A DNA stretch of 64,000 nt from Nocardioides sp. (GTDB lineage Bacteria; Actinomycetota; Actinomycetes; Propionibacteriales; Nocardioidaceae). Position numbers and translations under genes: made by a program. Positions 58,452 through 64,000 of the stretch are shown in pieces (within the stretch, counting starts at the first letter, position 1; every line of letters starts with the position of its first letter). Location of the stretch: contig NZ_JAEMSS010000001.1 of NCBI RefSeq assembly GCF_016462705.1, forward strand, positions 241 through 64,240, written 5' to 3'. Below the pieces are notes generated by a model. That model saw only the letters and a list, made by a program, of their open reading frames with translations. It was not told where the DNA came from and ran no database searches.

Positions 58452-59081
58452 ATGCTGAGCCTGGAGCAGCTCCTGACGTTCGCCCTCGCGTCCGTCCTGC
58501 TCACCCTCATCCCCGGCCCGACCGTCCTGTTCGTGGTCGGCCGCTCGCTCTCGCTCGGCCGCAGGGCCGGGCTGTGGAGCGTGGTCGGAAACACCCTCGG
58601 CCTGCTGCCGGTCGTCGTCGCCGTGGCTCTGGGCGTCGGCGCGCTGGTCGCCGAGTCCGTGGTGGTGTTCACCGTGGTCAAGGTCGTGGGCGCCGTCTAC
58701 CTCGTCCACCTCGGCGTCCAGGCCTTCCGGCAGCGCGGCACGGAGGCCCACCTCGAGGCGCCCACCGCACGCAGCACCCTGCGGATCGTCCGGGACGGCT
58801 TCGTGGTCGGCGTCACCAACCCCAAGTCGGTCGTGTTCCTCGCCGCGGTGCTGCCCCAGTTCGTCGACCACTCCGCGGGTGGCATCAGCGGTCAGCTGTT
58901 CGGCCTCGGCCTGGTCTTCATGACGGTCGCCCTGGTCTCCGACAGCACCTACGCCTACGCCGCCGGGACGGCCCGCGCCTGGTTCAGCAGCTCACCGCGC
59001 CGGCTGTCGCGGATGCAGGGCACCGGCGGCCTCATGATGATCGGACTCGGCGGATCGCTCGCCCTCACCGGGCAGAAGTAG
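58452..59081 (+). CDS. LysE/RhtB family translocator
   Basis: PGPTVLFVV.RS, GAVYLVHLG, VGVTNPKS..F.AVLPQFV. Confidence 0.92.
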   Translation: MLSLEQLLTFALASVLLTLIPGPTVLFVVGRSLSLGRRAGLWSVVGNTLGLLPVVVAVALGVGALVAESVVVFTVVKVVGAVYLVHLGVQAFRQRGTEAHLEAPTARSTLRIVRDGFVVGVTNPKSVVFLAAVLPQFVDHSAGGISGQLFGLGLVFMTVALVSDSTYAYAAGTARAWFSSSPRRLSRMQGTGGLMMIGLGGSLALTGQK

Positions 59082-59096
59082 GCAGCGGCCGGGGCC

Positions 59097-59369
59097 TCAC
59101 TTCCGCTTGGTGAGCAGGTGGACCACGTCGGTCGCCGCCGGGGTCCGCACAGACGTCGCGGTCACCGAGGTCTTCACCTTCTTCTCGGCCTTCTTGCCGA
59201 CCTTGACGACGACCTTGATGTCGAACGTCGCCCCCGGAGCCAACGACGCGGTGGTGTAGGTGCCCGCCACGACGGCCTTGGTGATGTTCGTGCCGTCGGG
59301 CGCCAGGTACTTGACCTTGAAGCCCTTGGCCGACTTCGCGCCACGGACCGTGAGCTGGTCGGCCGCGGT
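59097..59369 (-). pseudogene. 3' remnant of a secreted/surface protein (Lys-rich C-terminal beta domain), no 5' part
   Basis: TAADQLTVRGAKSAKGFKVKYLAPDGTNITKAVVAGTYTTASLAPGATFDIKVVVKVGKKAEKKVKTSVTATSVRTPAATDVVHLLTKRK*; in-frame TAG at 59397-59399 upstream and no start codon before the domain. Confidence 0.7.
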
Positions 59370-59526
59370 GACCCGCTGGGTGCGGCTGCTCGAGGGCTAC
59401 GCCGGGCCGCCCTGGCGCGCCGACCGGGTCGAGCTCGTGCAGTCCTTCCTGGGCCAGGGACCGCGCGGGCGGCCCCGGTACGAGACGGTGGACACATTCC
59501 CGCTCGGCGCGGACCGACCTCTGTAG
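59368..59526 (+). pseudogene. 3' remnant of an RNA 2',3'-cyclic phosphodiesterase (ThpR/LigT-like)
   Basis: VTRWVRLLEGYAGPPWRADRVELVQSFLGQGPRGRPRYETVDTFPL resembles the C-terminus of actinobacterial 2H phosphoesterases; both HxT motifs are missing. Confidence 0.6.
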
Positions 59527-59613
59527 GGTCCGGCACGTGAACACCCCATGGAGTTCTTCGCCTCCTCCGCTGCGCTCCCCCGCCGAACAACTCCCCGGGG
59601 ACCCCGAGAAACC

Positions 59614-60756
59614 ATGAGGATCGCCGTAGCCAAGGAGACCCGCGAGGGCGAGGCCAGGGTCGCGATGGTGCCGGAGCTGGTCGGCAAGCTGACCAAGCTC
59701 GGCTACGACGTCGCGGTGGAGCCCGGTGCGGGCCTGCACGCCCTGGTCTCCGACGAGGAGTTCACCGAGTCGGGCGCGACCATCGACGCTGACGCGGTCG
59801 CGTCGGCGGACGTGGTCCTGTCCGTCCAGCCGCTCGCGCCCGACGCCGTACGCCGGCTGCGCCGCGGCGCCGCCACGATCTCCTTCCTGCCGGTCAACCA
59901 GGAGCTCTCGCTGGTGGCCGACCTCCGCGACGTCGGCGCCACGTCGTTCGCGATGGAGCTCGTGCCCCGCATCTCCCGCGCCCAGTCGATGGACGCGCTG
60001 TCCTCGCAGGCACTGGTCTCGGGCTACCGCTGCGCGATCGTCGCCGCCGGGATGCTGCGCCGGTTCTTCCCGCTCAACATGACCGCCGCAGGCACCGTCC
60101 AGCCCGCCGACGTCGTCGTCCTCGGCGCCGGCGTCGCCGGCCTCCAGGCGATCGCGACGGCCAAGCGGCTGGGCGCCGTGGTCCGGGCCTACGACGTCCG
60201 CGCGGCCGCCGCCGAGGAGATCCGGTCGATGGGCGCCAAGTCCATCGACCTCGACCTCGACACCCTCGAGGGGGCGGGCGGCTACGCCCGGGAGATGACC
60301 GAGGAGCGGGCGGCTCGGCAGATGGAGCTGCTCACGCCGTACGTCGCCGAGGCCGACGCCCTGATCACGACCGCCGCCGTCCCGGGCCGCCAGGCGCCGC
60401 TGCTGGTGACCAGCGCGATGGTCGAGCAGATGAAGCCGGGGTCGGTCGTGGTCGACCTCGCGGCCGAGTCCGGTGGCAACGTCGAGGGCGCGGTCGCCGG
60501 CGAGGTCGTCCGGATCGGCAACGCCCAGGTGTGGGGCGGCAAGAACGTGCCCTCCCAGATGCCCGGCCCTGCCTCCAAGCTCTACGCGCAGAACCTGGTC
60601 AACATCCTGACCCTGATGACCACCACCGGTGAGGACGGGGTGGGGTCCTTCACCCCGGACTTCGAGGACGAGATCGTGACCGGCTCCTGCGTCACCCACG
60701 ACGGCGAGGTGCGCCACGAGGCCGCCCGCGAGGCTCTTCAAGGAGGCCCCAAGTGA
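59614..60756 (+). CDS. pntA: NAD(P) transhydrogenase alpha subunit, domain I
   Basis: KETREGEARVA, PRISRAQSMDALSSQ, GAGVAGLQA, GGYARE, DLAAESGGN. Confidence 0.95.
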   Translation: MRIAVAKETREGEARVAMVPELVGKLTKLGYDVAVEPGAGLHALVSDEEFTESGATIDADAVASADVVLSVQPLAPDAVRRLRRGAATISFLPVNQELSLVADLRDVGATSFAMELVPRISRAQSMDALSSQALVSGYRCAIVAAGMLRRFFPLNMTAAGTVQPADVVVLGAGVAGLQAIATAKRLGAVVRAYDVRAAAAEEIRSMGAKSIDLDLDTLEGAGGYAREMTEERAARQMELLTPYVAEADALITTAAVPGRQAPLLVTSAMVEQMKPGSVVVDLAAESGGNVEGAVAGEVVRIGNAQVWGGKNVPSQMPGPASKLYAQNLVNILTLMTTTGEDGVGSFTPDFEDEIVTGSCVTHDGEVRHEAAREALQGGPK

Positions 60757-61067
60757 GTGAGGGCGTCGTCTGGCTGACGATCTTCATCCTCAGCGTTTTC
60801 GTCGGCATCGAGGTCATCTCCAAGGTGTCGTCGACGCTGCACACCCCGCTGATGTCCGGCGCCAACGCCATCCACGGCGTGATCCTGCTCGGCGCGATCC
60901 TGGTGACCGGCAGCACCGACAACAACATCGCGCTGGTCGTCGGGCTCGTCGCGATCGTGCTGGCCGCGGTCAACATGGTCGGCGGCTTCGTGGTGACCGA
61001 CCGGATGCTGCAGATGTTCGTGCGCAAGAAGCCTGCGACGTCAGACGCCGGGAAGGCCGACGCATGA
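60753..61067 (+). CDS. NAD(P) transhydrogenase alpha subunit, membrane part
   Basis: LHTPLMSGANAIHG, NMVGGFVVTDRMLQMF. Confidence 0.95.
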   Translation: MSEGVVWLTIFILSVFVGIEVISKVSSTLHTPLMSGANAIHGVILLGAILVTGSTDNNIALVVGLVAIVLAAVNMVGGFVVTDRMLQMFVRKKPATSDAGKADA

Positions 61068-62458
61068 TCCCCACCTGGGCCCAGCTGCTCTACCTCGCCG
61101 GTGCGGTCGCCTTCATCCTCGCCCTCAAGGGACTGTCCGGACCCAAGACGGCCCGGATGGGCAACCTGATCGGCGCCGGCGCCGCCGTCCTGGCCTGCGC
61201 CATCCCGTTCTTCTACGTCGACGACATGAAGCACGTTCCGCTCATCCTGGCGGCGATCGCGGTCGGCTCCGCCGGCGGCTTCTACGGCGCCCGGGTCGTG
61301 CAGATGACCCAGATGCCGCAGATGGTGGCGCTGTTCAACGGTGTCGGCGGCGGGGCCGCGGCCCTGGTCGCGCTCGTCGAGCTGCACGAGATCGTGGAGC
61401 TCGACCACGCCGGCCTGGACGTCGAGACCTTCGTCCTGGTCGCCACGGCGTTCACGGTGCTGGTCGGCGCGGTGTCGTTCGCCGGGTCGATCATCACCTT
61501 CGCCAAGCTCCAGGAGCTGATGACCTCGCGGCCGGTGGTGTTCCCCGGCCTCCCGGTCGTGTTCGGCGGCAGCCTGATCGGCGCGGTCGTGCTGTCCGTG
61601 CTGCTCGTCCGCGAGCCGTCGATGACCCTGGGCATCGTGCTGGCCCTGGTCGGGCTGCTGGTCGGCGTGCTGCTGGTCCTGCCGGTCGGTGGAGCCGACG
61701 TACCGATCGTCATCTCGCTGCTCAACGCGTTCACGGGCCTGACCGTCGCCGCCGGCGGCTACGTCCTGTCCAACACCCTGCTGCTGGTGGCCGGCACGCT
61801 CGTCGGCGCCTCCGGCACGTTCCTGACGCTGCTGATGGCCGGCGCGATGGGCCGCTCGGTGGCCAACATCCTGTTCGGCGCGCTCAAGGGTGGGTCGACG
61901 CTCGGTGCGGGCGAGGCCTCCGACCGGCCGGTCCGCTCCGCCGGTCCCGAGGACGTCGCGATCCTCCTCGGCTACGCCGACAAGGTGATCATCGTGCCGG
62001 GCTACGGCCTCGCCGTGGCCCAGGCCCAGCACACCCTGCGCGAGCTCGTCGACGTGCTGTCGGCGCGCGGCATCGAGGTCGACTACGCGATCCACCCCGT
62101 GGCCGGCCGGATGCCCGGCCACATGAACGTGCTGCTCGCCGAGGCCCAGGTGCCCTACGAGCAGCTGATCGAGATGGACGAGATCAACGGCGAGTTCAAG
62201 AACACCGACGTGGTCCTCGTCGTCGGCGCCAACGACGTCGTCAACCCGGCCGCCCGCACCACCCCCAGCGCTCCGATCTACGGGATGCCGATCCTCAACG
62301 CCGACGAGGCCAAGCAGGTCGTCTTCCTCAAGCGGTCGATGCGCCCCGGCTTCGCGGGCATCGAGAACGAGCTGCTCTTCAACCCCACGACCACCCTGCT
62401 GTTCGGCGACGCCAAGGACACGCTCGGCAAGGTGCTCACCGCGGTCAAGGCGCTCTGA
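61064..62458 (+). CDS. pntB: NAD(P) transhydrogenase beta subunit
   Basis: MTQMPQMVALFNG, GGADVPIVISLLN, PGYGLAVAQAQ, HPVAGRMPGHMNVLLAEA. Confidence 0.97.
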   Translation: MIPTWAQLLYLAGAVAFILALKGLSGPKTARMGNLIGAGAAVLACAIPFFYVDDMKHVPLILAAIAVGSAGGFYGARVVQMTQMPQMVALFNGVGGGAAALVALVELHEIVELDHAGLDVETFVLVATAFTVLVGAVSFAGSIITFAKLQELMTSRPVVFPGLPVVFGGSLIGAVVLSVLLVREPSMTLGIVLALVGLLVGVLLVLPVGGADVPIVISLLNAFTGLTVAAGGYVLSNTLLLVAGTLVGASGTFLTLLMAGAMGRSVANILFGALKGGSTLGAGEASDRPVRSAGPEDVAILLGYADKVIIVPGYGLAVAQAQHTLRELVDVLSARGIEVDYAIHPVAGRMPGHMNVLLAEAQVPYEQLIEMDEINGEFKNTDVVLVVGANDVVNPAARTTPSAPIYGMPILNADEAKQVVFLKRSMRPGFAGIENELLFNPTTTLLFGDAKDTLGKVLTAVKAL

Positions 62459-62526
62459 CTCGTTTACCGCTCGGGGTATCGGTTACTACCTCGGTCAGGG
62501 AGGGACTATCCCCCGAAGGTGGTCCG

Positions 62527-62703
62527 ATGCACACGCACCACGAACCACAGCACGTCCTCCGCGAGACCTACGACCGGCTCCCCGAGCCACCCACCACACC
62601 CGACCGCAGCGCCGGCGCCTACGGCGCGGCCGGTCTGCTGGTCCTGATGTTCATGCTGCTCATCGCGACCGGCACCGTACCGCTCTACGACTGGCGGACC
62701 TGA
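62527..62703 (+). CDS. 58-aa single-TM hypothetical protein
   Basis: RBS GAAGGTGG; MHTHHEPQHVLRETYDRLPEPPTTPDRSAGAYGAAGLLVLMFMLLIATGTVPLYDWRT*; below the ORF-track cutoff. Confidence 0.6.
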   Translation: MHTHHEPQHVLRETYDRLPEPPTTPDRSAGAYGAAGLLVLMFMLLIATGTVPLYDWRT

Positions 62704-62707
62704 GGAC

Positions 62708-63349
62708 TCAGCCCACCACGCCGTAGAGCCGGTCGCCGGCGTCCCCGAGCCCGGGGACGATGTAGCCCTTCTCGTTGAGCCGCTCGTCCATCGCCGCGGT
62801 CACGATCGTGACCGGCGTGTCGAGGCCGGCGAGCTCGTTCTCGAGCCGGGCGCAGCCCTCGGGCGAGGCGAGCAGGCAGACCGCGGTGATGTGGTCGGCA
62901 CCGCGCTCGGTCAGGAAGTGGATGGCCGCGGCCAGCGTGCCGCCGGTGGCGAGCATCGGGTCGAGCACGTAGCACTGCCGGCCCACCAGGCTCTCGGGCA
63001 GCCGCTCGGCGTACGTCACCGCCTCGAGCGTCTCCTCGTCTCGGGCCATCCCGAGGAACCCGACCTCGGCAGTCGGCAGCAGCCGCATCATGCCGTCGAG
63101 CATCCCGAGACCGGCCCTCAGGATCGGCACCACGAGCGGCTTGGGCGCGGCGAGCTTCACACCCGTGGTCGGCGCGACCGGCGTGACGATGTCGACCGGG
63201 TGGACCCGGACCTCACGGGTGGCCTCGTAGGCGAGCAGCGTCACGAGCTCGTCGGTGAGGCTGCGGAACGTCGGCGAGTCGGTGTTCTCGTCCCGCAGGG
63301 CGGTGAGCTTGTGGGCCACGAGCGGGTGGTCGACGACCTGGGTGCGCAT
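62708..63349 (-). CDS. upp: Uracil phosphoribosyltransferase
   Basis: [47 protein letters not shown]. Confidence 0.97.
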   Translation of the reverse strand: MRTQVVDHPLVAHKLTALRDENTDSPTFRSLTDELVTLLAYEATREVRVHPVDIVTPVAPTTGVKLAAPKPLVVPILRAGLGMLDGMMRLLPTAEVGFLGMARDEETLEAVTYAERLPESLVGRQCYVLDPMLATGGTLAAAIHFLTERGADHITAVCLLASPEGCARLENELAGLDTPVTIVTAAMDERLNEKGYIVPGLGDAGDRLYGVVG

Positions 63350-63436
63350 GGCCGAAACCCTAGTGGTTGCCCGGGATGCCGCCCCTCGGGCCGATTTCCC
63401 CTGGCCGCGCCCGCAGGCGTCTGCCACTGTGGGGGC

Positions 63437-63949
63437 GTGACCACCGTGGCGGGCTCCGGCGTGGACGACGGCGTCGACTTCGCCGTCGCCGCCTTCCGCG
63501 CCGACGGCGAGTGGCACGTCGAGGACCTCACCCACGACCACGTCGGCGACATCCCCACGCTGGCGGGGGCACTCCGGCGCTTCCCGGGCGACGCGGGCGC
63601 CTTGGCCATGGTCGCCGTCGACGAGGACTTCTTCGTGCTCGTCCGCGTCCTCGGAGCCGAGACCCGCGTCCTGCTGTCGGACATCACCGCCGCCGACGAG
63701 TGGGACCTCGCCACGTCCGCCCTCGAGCACCTCGGTCTGCCGCTGCCCGACGGTCTCGGCGACGACGACGACCAGCCGGTCCCGGCCGGGCGCCTCGACC
63801 TGCTGGCCGACCTCGGGATGACGGCGATGGACCTGGGGGGCCTGCTCGACGACCCCGATCTCTATCCCGACGAGATCCTCTCCGACGTGGCGGCCCACCT
63901 CGGTTTCGGCGAGCTGTTCGACGACGCCGTCGGCTACGCCTCGGCGTAG
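63437..63949 (+). CDS. tRNA adenosine deaminase-associated protein
   Basis: [45 protein letters not shown]; lies between upp and tadA as in other actinobacteria. Confidence 0.85.
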   Translation: MTTVAGSGVDDGVDFAVAAFRADGEWHVEDLTHDHVGDIPTLAGALRRFPGDAGALAMVAVDEDFFVLVRVLGAETRVLLSDITAADEWDLATSALEHLGLPLPDGLGDDDDQPVPAGRLDLLADLGMTAMDLGGLLDDPDLYPDEILSDVAAHLGFGELFDDAVGYASA

Positions 63950-63962
63950 GCCCGGGCCGACC

Positions 63963-64000
63963 GTGCAGCACGACCTCTGGCTGACCCCCATGCGGGTCGC
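63963..64000 (+). CDS. Probable 5' end of tRNA adenosine deaminase TadA
   Basis: [14 protein letters not shown] at the window edge; the call rests on usual gene order. Confidence 0.45.
   Translation, partial: MQHDLWLTPMRV

Noticed and set aside
59614-62458. Split pntA as a frameshift
   Set aside because: Three-gene pntA1/A2/B is the normal arrangement in many actinobacteria; the genes overlap by GTGA/ATGA.

Overview
High-GC actinobacterial chromosome segment; gene content and protein style suggest a Nocardioides-like organism (inference). From left to right it contains: a phenylacetate catabolism cluster (paaZ, paaABCDE, paaI, PaaR-like TetR) split by a SARP/BTAD regulator + hemerythrin cassette that is flanked by a duplicated 21-bp operator; a signalling group (GGDEF, class III adenylate cyclase, PAS histidine kinase); recCBD; several TetR/MarR modules; menB; an accessory block of about 10 kb; cobB; an MMPL transporter; glgX-treY-treZ; transporters; a deletion scar fusing two gene ends; pntA1A2B; upp; and the start of tadA. 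The accessory block holds a 2294-aa bacterial teneurin-like (TTR/FN-plug/NHL/YD-Rhs) protein, a divergent LuxR-type regulator, a secreted decapeptide-repeat protein and a Zn-ribbon methyltransferase. It is the best candidate for an undescribed system: the Rhs cargo is unrecognised, there is no adjacent immunity gene, and there is an extra HFT-motif insertion that may self-cleave. No rRNA, tRNA, CRISPR array or transposase was seen. All calls come from reading the sequence by eye; no searches were run.
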